Assembly: GCA_040390065.1 (NCBI GenBank)
Contig: JAZJZE010000001.1
Location: 1 to 64,000 of the forward strand
Source: a bacterium
GTDB taxonomy: Archaea; Thermoplasmatota; E2; JACPAO01; JAHFTW01
Direction of reading: 5' to 3'
Length of the DNA: 64,000 nt
Shown: positions 1-9,895 of the stretch, one piece after another
How the letters are laid out: each line of letters starts with the position of its first letter
Position numbering within the stretch: position 1 is the first letter of the stretch
The notes under the pieces: generated by a model
What the model saw: only the letters and a program-made list of their open reading frames with translations
What the model was told of the DNA's origin: nothing
Databases searched by the model: none
Translations under genes and position numbers: made by a program

Positions 1-451
1 AGCGCAGCCGGGTTAGGCGACGTCGGCGAATGGAATGGGCCGATGGCGCTGGATGCCGGTCCCGTGAAGGGCCGGCTGAGGGCGACGTCGGCAAATGCAA
101 GGGTCACACTCCGGGGAGCGTGGCCCTATGCTGATGAGATGCTGGCGTTGCCCAAGCCGTTCATCGCGCGTGCCAGCGGGGGCGGCCACTTCAAGGTTGG
201 CCATTCGGGACCGCGGGTCGCAGTGCTCGTATGCTCATTGGCTCCACCACGAGCGTGACGACCCGGTTGGCGCGGAGGTGACTGAAGCCTTCACCGTGCT
301 TTTCCTTTCGCCGATCCCTGCGACGGCGACGTCGCCACCTTCGTCGTGGAGCCGACGGGCATACCAATGATACGGCGGCCGCCCCCAGGAGTTCCCGGCA
401 ACCGTTGCATTGGGGGCCCGATGCGCTTCATGGTTCGTCCGTCGGCGTCGT

Positions 452-479
452 ATCGGTTGCTTCTGTTGCATCGGTTGAC
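452..479. repeat. Half (right arm) of a 3x9-bp palindromic intergenic element
   Basis: atcggttgc-ttctgttgc-atcggttga-c closely matches the right arm of the element at 48687-48763. Confidence 0.5.
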
Positions 480-557
480 AACACGGGCAAAGCCACCCCC
501 AACACCTTGAAACCCGGCCTCCAACTCCCAGCAAGCGTGAAGCCGGCGGCCCCCACC

Positions 558-2303
558 ATGTACCCGGTCAGCGACCTCATCCTTCGCGCCCACCGGGTCG
601 ACCACGCCGTCCTGCACGGTGACGTCTGGCCGTCCTTCGATCTCGGCGTGGACGGCATCGGCGATCTCCTCGAACGTAGGGTCCGCGAGAAGCCCGACAA
701 GGCCTTCCTCGCATTCTATGACGACGATGCCCGCACGCGTTCGTCGTGGACGCGTCAGGAGTTTGTCGTCGAGGTCCGCAAGGCCGCGAAAGTCATGGAG
801 GACTTGGGCCTCGTCGCGGGGGACTGCATCGCGACGGCGGACGAGTTCAACCACGCGGATACGCTCGTCGTCCTGTATGCGGCTTGGGCGTCAGGCATCG
901 TGGTCGCACCTCTGAATTTGAAGGAGGACGACGCACGGCTGGAGTTCATCCTCACGCACGCGCATGCGAAGGCGCTCTTCGTCCGCGATGCGTACGCCAA
1001 GCGCGTCGCGCCCATTGCGCGGAAGGCCGGCGCCAGCATCGTGGCGTCCTTCGGCGAGTCCTGCGAGCGGCAGTTCTACGACGCGGAATGGGGCGAGATG
1101 ATGTTCAGCGTCACCGGGGAGTTCGATCTCGGGCCGCAGAAGTTGTCAAGCGACGCACTCATCGTCTACACGTCGGGCACGACGGGAAACCCGAAGGGCG
1201 TGGTCCTCACGCACGAGATGCTGTACGACGCGCACGGCATCGCATTGCACCACGGATTTGGCGAGTCGGACACGTTCATGACGGCGATGCCGCTCTTCCA
1301 CGTCAACGCCATCGTGACGACGTGCCTCACGGCGCTCTGGTGCGGCGCCACCGTCGTGCTGAACCGCAAGTGGAAGCCGCAGCTCTTCTGGGAACGAGTC
1401 TACGCGGAGAACGTCAGTGCCACCTCCGTGGTTCCCGCGATGCTGAAGTCGCTGGCCGACATCGGGGAGGATCTCGGGAAATTCGGTGGGCTCCGGGACC
1501 GTTTCAAGACCGTCATCTGTGGCGCCGGCCAACTGTATGTCGACGTCGCGGAGGCCTTCACGGCGACGTTCGGCATCCGCATCGCGCACGGTTGGGGCAT
1601 GTCGGAGACGACGTGCTACTCGTGCTTCCTGCCCGCCGGCCTCACGGAAGCGCAGTACACGCAGGCAATCGCCACGCACGGGTTCCCGTCGATCGGCGTT
1701 CCCATCGTGCACAACCAGATGGGAATCATCGACCCCGACACCGGTAAGCCCCGGCCCGTTGCCGTCTTCGGCAAACCGGTCCCGCCCGAGTGCTGGGGAG
1801 AAATCGTCGTGTCGGGCCGCAACGTCATGAAGGAGTATTTCCACAACCACGAGGCCAACCGCAAGACGTTCCCCTACGGCGTCCTGCAGACGGGCGACGA
1901 AGGCTTCTGCGCCAAGGACGCAAAGGGGCGCACCTTCTTCTTCATCGTCGGCCGCATCAAGGAACTCATCGAACGCGGCGGCGAGAAGTACAGCACCTTC
2001 GAGATCGACCAACTCCTGCGCAGCGTCCCCGGCGTCGAGAATGCGCTTGCCTACGGCTTCAAGTCGCAGAAACTCGGCCAGGAGATTGGTGCCGTCATCG
2101 AGAAGAAACCCGGCGCCGTCCTCGACGAGGCCGCCGTCGTCGCCTGGTTCAAGCAGAAGGGCGTGCCGTGGGAGAAATCCCCAAAGGTCGTCAAGTTCGT
2201 CGACGCAATCCCCAAGACTGCGACAGGGAAGGACCAACGCCTGCGCTTTGCGCCTCTCTTCGAATCCTACTACGAGACGCAGTTCCGGCCGGCCAAGCCC
2301 TGA
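558..2303 (+). CDS. AMP-binding acyl-CoA synthetase (class I adenylate-forming enzyme)
   Basis: Motifs YTSGTTGNPKG, HGWGMSET, TGD, GRIKELI and PKTATGK; start set at ATG 558. Confidence 0.9.
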   Translation: MYPVSDLILRAHRVDHAVLHGDVWPSFDLGVDGIGDLLERRVREKPDKAFLAFYDDDARTRSSWTRQEFVVEVRKAAKVMEDLGLVAGDCIATADEFNHADTLVVLYAAWASGIVVAPLNLKEDDARLEFILTHAHAKALFVRDAYAKRVAPIARKAGASIVASFGESCERQFYDAEWGEMMFSVTGEFDLGPQKLSSDALIVYTSGTTGNPKGVVLTHEMLYDAHGIALHHGFGESDTFMTAMPLFHVNAIVTTCLTALWCGATVVLNRKWKPQLFWERVYAENVSATSVVPAMLKSLADIGEDLGKFGGLRDRFKTVICGAGQLYVDVAEAFTATFGIRIAHGWGMSETTCYSCFLPAGLTEAQYTQAIATHGFPSIGVPIVHNQMGIIDPDTGKPRPVAVFGKPVPPECWGEIVVSGRNVMKEYFHNHEANRKTFPYGVLQTGDEGFCAKDAKGRTFFFIVGRIKELIERGGEKYSTFEIDQLLRSVPGVENALAYGFKSQKLGQEIGAVIEKKPGAVLDEAAVVAWFKQKGVPWEKSPKVVKFVDAIPKTATGKDQRLRFAPLFESYYETQFRPAKP

Positions 2304-2343
2304 CGGGCGAAGGCCTCAAGAACCACCCCGCCTGGTGAGCATC

Positions 2344-2493
2344 ATGGCCCTGCACGTCCCGATGGCTGAAGTCCAGTTGTGGCAGTCCCGCCCGAAGCCG
2401 GCCGAGAACGGCGCCGAAACGGTCGTCATCCTCCTGCCGTCCGAGGAGTCGTTCGCGCGCCAGCTCGCCGAGATGCGCACCAAGGCCAAGTGA
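2344..2493 (+). CDS. Small hypothetical protein (49 aa)
   Basis: MALHVPMAEVQLW... fills the intergenic gap with host-like GC3 codon usage. Confidence 0.5.
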   Translation: MALHVPMAEVQLWQSRPKPAENGAETVVILLPSEESFARQLAEMRTKAK

Positions 2494-2548
2494 GCCAGCG
2501 GGCGTCCCGGCGAAGGCCTGAAGAGGCTCGTAACGCCATGCACCCAGC

Positions 2549-3124
2549 GTGGCCCGCCGCATCGCTCACGCCGACCTCGAGGCCCGCAAGAACGAGCCGA
2601 AACCCGTCGTGACCGGCCCCGAGACCGTCGTCTCCCTGCCGCCCATGCAGCGCACGTTTGGCATCCCCGTCGTGGAAGACGGTCCGACGACGACGTTTCC
2701 AGGAGAACCCACTCCCGTGGTGGCCAAACGCGCCCTTCCCGCTTGGCGCCGCGGCTTCGGCCACGTCTTCCCGTGGCTCGCCTTCATCCTCCTGGCCTGC
2801 GTCCTCGTGCAGGTCTACCTGGCAGGCCGCGGCCTCCTCGTGGCGGGGCAGACGATGGCGGCGCACACGACGTTCGTGCACGTCTTCGAGTTGCTGCCCC
2901 TTGCCATGATCCCCTGCGCGGCGGTCGGCCGGCTGGGACATTTCGCCATCTGGGGCAGTGTTGCCATGCAAGTCCTCATCGAAGTGCAGTACCCGCTCAT
3001 CAAGGCCACGAACTGGGTGCGCGCCATCCACCCCGTCAACGCGCTCCTGATTTTCGGCTTGGCGCTGCTGCTCGTTGCGCGCTTCCCGTTCTGGGCCACG
3101 TGGGCGCGGCCCCGGGCGCGTTGA
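2549..3124 (+). CDS. Membrane protein (DUF6220-like C-terminal TM domain)
   Basis: VQVYLAG...H..F.H...HPVNALL pattern, several hydrophobic helices. Confidence 0.6.
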   Translation: MARRIAHADLEARKNEPKPVVTGPETVVSLPPMQRTFGIPVVEDGPTTTFPGEPTPVVAKRALPAWRRGFGHVFPWLAFILLACVLVQVYLAGRGLLVAGQTMAAHTTFVHVFELLPLAMIPCAAVGRLGHFAIWGSVAMQVLIEVQYPLIKATNWVRAIHPVNALLIFGLALLLVARFPFWATWARPRAR

Positions 3125-3127
3125 CTC

Positions 3128-3751
3128 GTGGCCGACGCACCGCCGCTTCGCCTCCTGCAGCCGGCCGCCGAGGCGACGTGGGCCAAGACCGACCGCGTCC
3201 TCCACAAGCTCAGCCGGAAGAACCCGATCCCCGCCGAAGCGCCCATCCTCGGGACGGATGGCTTTGCCGCCCTCGTGCAATCGATCACCCACCAACAGGT
3301 ATCCCTGGCCGCCGGCCAGACCATCCACGGGCGCCTCGTGAAAGTGCTCGGCGGAAAGGTCACCCCGCGCCGCGTGTTGGCTCGCACTCCGGAGCAGTTG
3401 CGCGCCGCCGGCCTGTCCCGCGGAAAATCGGCTTACATCCTTGACCTCGCCGACAAGACCCAACGCGGCGACGTCGAGTTCGCGCGCTTCCCCGCCATGC
3501 CCGACGACGCCATCATCGCGGAATTGACGGCCGTGAAGGGCATCGGCGTTTGGACTGCGAAGATGTACCTCATTTTTCATTTGGAGCGACCCGACGTGTT
3601 TGCCCCCGAAGACCTCGGATTGCGGTTGGCGGTTTCCATGGCCTATGGAGTCGAGCCGGAGAGGGCGGCGGCAGTGATGGAACGCGCGCGGGAGGCCTGG
3701 TCACCGTACAATTCCGTGGCGGCGCGGGTCCTGTGGCTCAGCCGGCGTTGA
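3128..3751 (+). CDS. alkA: DNA-3-methyladenine glycosylase II (AlkA/HhH-GPD family)
   Basis: QQVS, GLSRGKS, HhH motif VKGIGVWTA, RPDVF..EDLG, W.PY.S. Confidence 0.9.
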   Translation: MADAPPLRLLQPAAEATWAKTDRVLHKLSRKNPIPAEAPILGTDGFAALVQSITHQQVSLAAGQTIHGRLVKVLGGKVTPRRVLARTPEQLRAAGLSRGKSAYILDLADKTQRGDVEFARFPAMPDDAIIAELTAVKGIGVWTAKMYLIFHLERPDVFAPEDLGLRLAVSMAYGVEPERAAAVMERAREAWSPYNSVAARVLWLSRR

Positions 3752-3904
3752 ACGCGCGCTTCAGTCCGTGATGAGCTTCTCGTCCGGCCGAGATTCTGGG
3801 AAGAAGTGGGACAATCGTTAAACCTCCGCTGAGGATTGTCGGGTCGTTCCCGGCACTCGGCGTTGTGGCCAAGAACCGATGAACGACCAGGGGAGGACCG
3901 AAGC

Positions 3905-4213
3905 ATGCAAGCACAACTCATCACGTACCAGCTGAAAGATATCTCACAGGCGGAGTACCGCAAGCGCATGGTCGAACCGGATGCGCCGATCTTGGCGAAC
4001 GTCCCCGGTCTCATTTCGAAGACCTGGCTGGCGGATGAGGCCAAGAACACCTTTGGAGGCTTCTATCTGTGGGAAAGCAAAGCTGCGATGCAGACGTTCA
4101 TGCAGTCCGATCTCGTGAAGGCCGTCGTCAGCCGCCCGTTTGTGAAAAACGTCGCCTCGGTTGACTTTGAAGTGAACCAGAAGCCTTCAATGATCACGAG
4201 GGGACTCAAGTAA
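3905..4213 (+). CDS. YdhR-like putative monooxygenase (dimeric alpha-beta barrel)
   Basis: PGLISKTWL...GGFYLWES motif; GGAGGA RBS upstream; less GC-biased codons than flanks. Confidence 0.8.
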   Translation: MQAQLITYQLKDISQAEYRKRMVEPDAPILANVPGLISKTWLADEAKNTFGGFYLWESKAAMQTFMQSDLVKAVVSRPFVKNVASVDFEVNQKPSMITRGLK

Positions 4214-4315
4214 GCAACGGCGCGACAAACGCCGAGGGAGATGAAGCCCGCTCGAAACCCGCTGGCGTCTTGCCATGGGGCGAACCGAGGCCGGACGTGG
4301 CGTGCCGGCCGGCAC

Positions 4316-4500
4316 GTCTTCCTCATCCTCCATCTGCGGCGGCCCGACGTCTTGGCACCGGAGGACTTGGGTCTGCGGCTCGCCGTTTCGGATGCCTGCG
4401 ACGTGGACCCAGACGACGCCGCTGCACCCATGCTCGAGAAGAAGGCCGCATGGTCGCCGTACAACTCGGTGGCGGCGCGTGTGCGATGGCTGAGTCGGCG
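4316..4500 (+). pseudogene. Orphan duplicate of the alkA 3' end (about 62 codons)
   Basis: VFLILHLRRPDVLAPEDLGLRLAVS...WSPYNSVAARVRWLSRR aligns with the AlkA C-terminus. Confidence 0.85.
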
Positions 4501-4582
4501 AAGCGCGTCGCCCGGGCCACTGCCCATCCGCCGCGTGCGCCGTGGCCCAACCGCTTATGAGGGGGAGGCAAGTCTTGACCTC

Positions 4583-5140
4583 GTGGCCTACATCCGGACC
4601 ATCTCCGAAGATGACGCGGACGGCAAGCTGTTCGAGATCTACGACGAGATCCAGCGCAACCGCGGCCGCGTGTCCAACATCCTGCGCCTTTCGAGCCTCG
4701 AACCCAAATCGATGCGGGCCCACCTGGACCTCTACATGACGACCGTCTTCGGCAAGGGCGGCCTGTCCCGGAAGGAATCCGAGATCCTGGCCGTCGCCGT
4801 GAGCGCCACCAACGGCGACTCCTACTGCACGACCCACCACAAGGAGGCCCTTGGCCGATACTCGAAGGACCACGCCTTCGTCGAGGAGGTCGCAAAGGCG
4901 CCCGGCAAGGTCAAGCTGCCCGCCCGCGAACGCGTCCTTGTCGACTACGCCGTCGCCCTCACGGCGCATCCCGCCAAGGGCGTCAAGTCGGAAGTCGACG
5001 CCATGAAGAAGGCCGGCCTCAAGGACGAAGAGATCCTGCAGGCGGCGCAGATCGTCGGCTACTTCAACTTCGCAAACCGGCTCGCGATCGGCCTCGGCGT
5101 CGACCTCGAGCCCGAGAACGAGCGCGACTATCACTACTAG
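4583..5140 (+). CDS. Peroxidase-related AhpD/CMD-family protein
   Basis: LSRKESEILAVAVSATNGDSYCTTHH and YFNFANRLA motifs; GTG start about 25 nt after a TATA-like cttatg. Confidence 0.85.
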   Translation: MAYIRTISEDDADGKLFEIYDEIQRNRGRVSNILRLSSLEPKSMRAHLDLYMTTVFGKGGLSRKESEILAVAVSATNGDSYCTTHHKEALGRYSKDHAFVEEVAKAPGKVKLPARERVLVDYAVALTAHPAKGVKSEVDAMKKAGLKDEEILQAAQIVGYFNFANRLAIGLGVDLEPENERDYHY

Positions 5141-5148
5141 GCTGCAGC

Positions 5149-5730
5149 GTGGACGCCGCCAACGCCCTTGGCCACCTCGCAGTCGGCTTCGGGCTTGGCG
5201 CCAGTCTGGCCATCCCGCCGGGCCCCGTGAACGCCCTCATCGCCCGTGAAGCGGGGCGCCACGGCACCATGGCCGGCATCCGCGCCGGCATCCCCGCCCC
5301 CATCGTGGACACGACGTACATGCTCCTCGTCCTCTTTGGCGTCGCCCACCTCGTCGACCTCCAGGCCATCGCCCCGTGGCTGGCCGGGGTCGGCGCGTTC
5401 CTCATGGCGTACCTGGCCTGGGACACGGTGCGCGTCCGTCACGGCGTGCGCGAACTTCCTGGGCCTTGGGCCGTCTGGGCGGTCACGCTTTCCAATCCGT
5501 TCCAGTATGCTTGGTGGATCTCCGCCGGCGTGACGTTCCTCGCTGCCACGGGGGCGTGGGGGATCGCGGGCTTCCTGTGCGCCATCTTCGGATGGGTCGT
5601 CACGTTCAGCTTCCTCGTCTCCCGCGGCGCCCAGAAGTGGGGCTGGTTCACGCCCCTCTTGGAAATCGTGAGCGCGGACCTGCTGTTCGCCTTCGCGCTG
5701 CAGCTCGGCGCCGCCGCCGCAGGACTTTAG
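5149..5730 (+). CDS. LysE-family exporter
   Basis: GFGLGASLAIPPGPVN and LSNPFQYAWW motifs. Confidence 0.85.
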   Translation: MDAANALGHLAVGFGLGASLAIPPGPVNALIAREAGRHGTMAGIRAGIPAPIVDTTYMLLVLFGVAHLVDLQAIAPWLAGVGAFLMAYLAWDTVRVRHGVRELPGPWAVWAVTLSNPFQYAWWISAGVTFLAATGAWGIAGFLCAIFGWVVTFSFLVSRGAQKWGWFTPLLEIVSADLLFAFALQLGAAAAGL

Positions 5731-5752
5731 GCCGCGCCGCCGTGGCCAGGCC

Positions 5753-6391
5753 GTGGGAATCGGCGACATCCTCTCAGGCCTCACGTCGTTTGCCAAGGAG
5801 ACGATGCAGCGCATGGGCCCGCTCGGGGTCTTCCTGCTCATGGCCATGGAGTCCATGGTCATCCCGATTCCCAGCGAAGCCGTCATGCCGCTGGCAGGTG
5901 TCCTTGCGGCGCAGGGTTCAATGTCAATCTGGGCCGCGCTGCTTGCCGCGTCCCTCGGCTCCATCGCCGGGTCGTACCTCAGCTACCTCCTCGGCGCCTA
6001 CGGATTTGCCCCCGTCGTCGAGCGCTATGGCAAGTACGTCCTCGTGCAGAAGCACCACCTCGATTCGGCGCACGCCTGGCTCGAACGTCGCGGCGCGTGG
6101 GCCATCTTCGTCTGCCGCTTCATCCCCGGCGTGCGCCACGTCATCTCCATCCCAGCAGGTTCCGCCCGCATGCCCCTGCGCCCCTTCCTGCTTGCAACCT
6201 TCGTCGGCGCGACCATCTGGAACGTCTTCCTCTTCTGGATCGGCTACAAGTACGGCGAAGCGGCGGCGGACAAGGTCAAGCCCTACCTCGACGTCGTCGG
6301 CGTCGGTCTCCTCGTCCTGCTCGTGGCGTACATCACGTTCGAAGTCGTGCGCGCCCGCCGCCACCGCCGCGACGCGGCCAAAGAGGAATAA
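5753..6391 (+). CDS. DedA-family membrane protein
   Basis: MESMVIPIPSE and RFIPGVRH motifs. Confidence 0.9.
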   Translation: MGIGDILSGLTSFAKETMQRMGPLGVFLLMAMESMVIPIPSEAVMPLAGVLAAQGSMSIWAALLAASLGSIAGSYLSYLLGAYGFAPVVERYGKYVLVQKHHLDSAHAWLERRGAWAIFVCRFIPGVRHVISIPAGSARMPLRPFLLATFVGATIWNVFLFWIGYKYGEAAADKVKPYLDVVGVGLLVLLVAYITFEVVRARRHRRDAAKEE

Positions 6392-6414
6392 GTCCCGCAC
6401 CACATGGGCGGTGC

Positions 6415-7179
6415 GTGTCGGACTGGGACGGCGCGCTCTACCATCGTGTAGCCAATCCACAATTCCAGTGGGGCGTCGAGGTCCTCGACCGGCTCGTCCT
6501 GGCCGGCGACGAACGCGTCCTCGACGCGGGCTGCGGCTCGGGAAGGCTCACGGCAGAGGTCGTGAAGCGGGTGCCGCGCGGCCGCGTCGTTGCGGCGGAC
6601 CTTTCCGCCAGCATGGCCCAACAGGCGCAGCGGCATCTCGGCCGCGCCGCCGACGTCGTGCGCGTCGATCTCCTCTCGCTTCCGTTCCACCACGCCTTCG
6701 ATGTCGTCTTCAGCAACGCCGCCTTCCACTGGGTCCTGGACCAGCCGCGGCTTGCGCGGGAATTGCATGGCGCCCTCAAGCCAGGAGGGCGACTGCACGC
6801 GCAATGCGGAGGCGGCGCGAACCTCAAACGGCTGCATGACCACGCCGAGGCCACCATGCGCGAACCCGCATTCTCCCGGTTCTTCGGGTCCTGGCAGGAG
6901 CCGTGGGAATACCAGGACGAAGCGACGGCGCGACGGCGCCTCGAGGCCGCGGGGTTCCATCGCGTGCAGGCCTGGCTTGAGGAAAGGCCCACCACCTTCG
7001 CCACCGGGCAGGATTTTCGCGAATTCGTCGGCGGCATCGTGCTGCGGACCCACCTTGGGGCCCTGCCGGACGAGACGCTGCGTGCCGCGTTCATGGACCG
7101 CATCATGGAATTCGCGCGCGCCGACGAGCCCGCTTTCACGTTGGACTATTGGCGGTTGAATCTGGAAGCCACGGCCTAG
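6415..7179 (+). CDS. Class I SAM-dependent methyltransferase (Tam-like)
   Basis: VLDAGCGSG, FDVVFSNAAFHW, LDYWRLN. Confidence 0.85.
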   Translation: MSDWDGALYHRVANPQFQWGVEVLDRLVLAGDERVLDAGCGSGRLTAEVVKRVPRGRVVAADLSASMAQQAQRHLGRAADVVRVDLLSLPFHHAFDVVFSNAAFHWVLDQPRLARELHGALKPGGRLHAQCGGGANLKRLHDHAEATMREPAFSRFFGSWQEPWEYQDEATARRRLEAAGFHRVQAWLEERPTTFATGQDFREFVGGIVLRTHLGALPDETLRAAFMDRIMEFARADEPAFTLDYWRLNLEATA

Positions 7180-7829
7180 CGCCCCGGCACGTCGCCCCAG
7201 ACCATCTTATGCAACTGCACGCCGACGTGCGCCGCGAGCGGCGCCTTCTCCGCCAACAACCACTCGGTGATGTTCTTCGGGTCCAGGCCGCCAACTGGAT
7301 TGAAGTAGACGGGGCACGGAAACGGCGCATGCGTCCGAACCACACCGACCGCGAAATCGAAGTCGGCCTTGTCGGCGATGACGAACTTGAGTTGGTCCGG
7401 CTCGCGCAAATCCGCGAGGAGGGTCAAGTCGTTCTTGTCGGCCATGCCTGAGCCCGGGCACTTGACGTCCATGCTGATGCAGAGGCGTGCTCGCTGCGCC
7501 GGCGGCAGTGTGTTGGCGTGGGCGAAGCTCAGGTTGCCGGACGTCTCGATGAGGACCGAGCGGCCGTCGTCGAGGAGGCGCTGCACGAATTCCCATGCGT
7601 CCTTCTGCAGGAGAGGCTCGCCGCCGGTGAAGCAGACTTCCTGTGTCGGATGGGCGCGCACCTCGGCCATGAGTTCGTCAAGGGACTTCTTCGAGCCGCC
7701 GTAGAAGGAGTACGCCGCGTCGCACCACACGCAGCGCAAGTGGCAGCCCGTCGTGCGCACGAACGTCGTCGGGATGCCCATGCGGCGGCCTTCGCCCTGG
7801 ATGGAATAGAAGACTTCGGTGACCTGCAA
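7176..7829 (-). CDS. queE: 7-carboxy-7-deazaguanine synthase (radical SAM)
   Basis: EVFYSIQGEG, CHLRCVWCD, TGGEP, QLHK; next to queC. Confidence 0.9.
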   Translation of the reverse strand: MQVTEVFYSIQGEGRRMGIPTTFVRTTGCHLRCVWCDAAYSFYGGSKKSLDELMAEVRAHPTQEVCFTGGEPLLQKDAWEFVQRLLDDGRSVLIETSGNLSFAHANTLPPAQRARLCISMDVKCPGSGMADKNDLTLLADLREPDQLKFVIADKADFDFAVGVVRTHAPFPCPVYFNPVGGLDPKNITEWLLAEKAPLAAHVGVQLHKMVWGDVPGR

Positions 7830-7861
7830 GGCTCGACGACGAGGCCGACGGGGCGGCCGGA

Positions 7862-8698
7862 TTAAGTCTTCTTGCTGGGGGGTGAGCCCGTCATCTCGGA
7901 GGCGTCCAGGGCCTTCGTGACCTGCGTATCCGCCGGTCGCCGGCGTGGGTATCCGAAGAACAGTTTCAGGATGACCGGGATGAGAAACAGCGACAGCGTG
8001 ATGCCGATCTTGAGGGTCTTCGCCACGGCCTCGTCCGGGTGCAGGTAGACGTGGTGCATCTCGTAGATCTGGCCGTCGCGGAAGACGGGCACGGGCAGGT
8101 CTTCCAGGACGAGGAGGGCGCCGACGAAGCCGACGGCCACGTAGGCCATGTGTTCGAGCGTCGGCAGCCAATCCATGAGCCGGCTTAGAAGCGGTGCCAG
8201 CACGCGCAGGAAAATGAGGCCAATGGTTGCGGCCGCGATGATCAGGATGAACTGGTATTCGTTCTCCTTCGTGAAGGCCACCGCCGCGACGACCTGATCG
8301 ACCGCGAAGGCGAGATCGATGAAGCCGATCTGGATGATGACGACTTGCAAGGGCGAGAGGCCGAGGCGCGACCTGACGGGGGCGTCGCGGTGCTTGGAGA
8401 GGCGCTCACGGTGGCGGATGAGTTGCCATGCGTGGCGGAGGAAGAGGAACAGGAGGTACGCGCCGCCGACGGTGAGGAACACCGGGTTCCTGATGAGAAG
8501 CACGGCGCAGAAGATGGCGATGATGCGCAGGCCGTACGCGATGAGAAGGCCATAGTTGAGCGCCTTGCTGCGCGTCTTGCCGGCCGGCAGCCGCCGCGAC
8601 ATGACGGCCAGGATGGCAGCGTTGTCGAAGGACAGGACTGCTTCGAGGATGACGAGCGTGAGGATGATGAGTAGGTTCGTGCCCAGGTCGCCTGCCAT
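7862..8698 (-). CDS. TerC-family membrane protein
   Basis: LEAVLSFDNA and DLAFAVD motifs, multiple TM helices. Confidence 0.85.
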   Translation of the reverse strand: MAGDLGTNLLIILTLVILEAVLSFDNAAILAVMSRRLPAGKTRSKALNYGLLIAYGLRIIAIFCAVLLIRNPVFLTVGGAYLLFLFLRHAWQLIRHRERLSKHRDAPVRSRLGLSPLQVVIIQIGFIDLAFAVDQVVAAVAFTKENEYQFILIIAAATIGLIFLRVLAPLLSRLMDWLPTLEHMAYVAVGFVGALLVLEDLPVPVFRDGQIYEMHHVYLHPDEAVAKTLKIGITLSLFLIPVILKLFFGYPRRRPADTQVTKALDASEMTGSPPSKKT

Positions 8699-8699
8699 C

Positions 8700-9389
8700 T
8701 CATCGCCCCGCGTACGCAATGGGGTCCTTGAGGCCGGCTTGGGCAAAGCCGCGTAGGCGCAGCACGCAGGATTCGCACGTGCCGCAAGCCTTGGCTCCGC
8801 CGCGGTAGCAACTCCAGGTGTGCTGGATGGGCGCCTTGAGTTTGGCCGCGAGTCGGACGATGTCGGCCTTGTCCTTGTCGATGAGCGGAGCGAGGATGCG
8901 AAGACCCCGGCCTTCGACGCCCGCCTTCGTCGCAAGGTTCGCCATCGCCTCGAAGGCCGCGAGGAATGCGGGCCTGCAGTCGGGATAGCCCGAGGAGTCG
9001 AGGTGGTTGGCGCCGATCACGATGGCGGACGCGCCGGCGACTTCGGCATGGCCGAGGGCGAAGCTGAGGAAGATGGCGTTGCGCGCCGGCACGTACGTGA
9101 CCGGAATCGTCGCGCCAATCTTGGCTTGCCGCGGCGCGTCAGGGACAGGGATGGCCTTGTCCGTCAGCGCCGAACCGCCGAGGGCGCCGATCGGGAGCTT
9201 GAGGATGCGGTGCGACCGGACCTTGAGGGCGGCCGCGACCTGGCCGGCCGAGACGAGTTCCTTCTTGTGGCGCTGGCCGTAGTCGAAGGACAACGCGTGC
9301 AGTTCGTACCCTTGGGATATGGCCCAGGCGGCCGCCGTGCACGAGTCGAGCCCCCCTGACAGGAGAACCACTGCACGGCTCTTGGCCAC
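8700..9389 (-). CDS. queC: 7-cyano-7-deazaguanine synthase
   Basis: SGGLDS, YGQRH, TYVPARN, YPDCR, TWSCY, CGTCESC. Confidence 0.95.
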   Translation of the reverse strand: MAKSRAVVLLSGGLDSCTAAAWAISQGYELHALSFDYGQRHKKELVSAGQVAAALKVRSHRILKLPIGALGGSALTDKAIPVPDAPRQAKIGATIPVTYVPARNAIFLSFALGHAEVAGASAIVIGANHLDSSGYPDCRPAFLAAFEAMANLATKAGVEGRGLRILAPLIDKDKADIVRLAAKLKAPIQHTWSCYRGGAKACGTCESCVLRLRGFAQAGLKDPIAYAGR

Positions 9390-9441
9390 GTCGTCGCGAG
9401 GAGGATTCTCGATATAATCCGGAGGTCTGTCGATGCGGCCC

Positions 9442-9834
9442 CTAGCGGGCCCGGTCTGCACCGGCGATTGGAGGGACGTGACCCCCCAGGGCGAGGCCCG
9501 AAGCGAACGTCAGCAGCAGCCACCACAGCAGGATCGGAAGGAATGCGCCGCCGGCGGGGGCCGCCCACGCCGGAGCATCGGGGCCGAAGGAACGAAGGTA
9601 CGGCATGGCGATGGCGCCGGCCGCCGCGGCAAGCAGCACAATCCACCACACGCGCAGGATTCCCGGCGGCTGCTGGAACCAACGTGGAACCCGGAAATCC
9701 GAGGACCGGCCATTGCGTTCGTTGGCGTTCCACGCCTTCGCGATTGCCCAACCGGCAAGGCCGACGAAGGCGCCAAGGATTGCGAGTGCGAGGAGGAGGT
9801 AGCCGAGGACGGAGGCGACGTCGGCGAAGCCCAC
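9442..9834 (-). CDS. Hypothetical membrane protein
   Basis: Three hydrophobic segments; same strand as neighbours. Confidence 0.5.
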   Translation of the reverse strand: MGFADVASVLGYLLLALAILGAFVGLAGWAIAKAWNANERNGRSSDFRVPRWFQQPPGILRVWWIVLLAAAAGAIAMPYLRSFGPDAPAWAAPAGGAFLPILLWWLLLTFASGLALGGHVPPIAGADRAR

Positions 9835-9895
9835 GAGACGGGATGCGGCCAGCGGATGATGTAGGTGGCGCTGTCGCCGCCTCTGCGCGGGCCTG

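Noticed and set aside
1-450. Short ORFs at the window start
   Set aside because: No frame gives a recognisable or clearly host-biased protein; may be a gene end or decayed cargo, so left uncalled
4241-4582. N-terminal extension fusing the alkA remnant to the AhpD-like gene
   Set aside because: In frame by chance; AhpD has its own TATA-like box and GTG start at 4583
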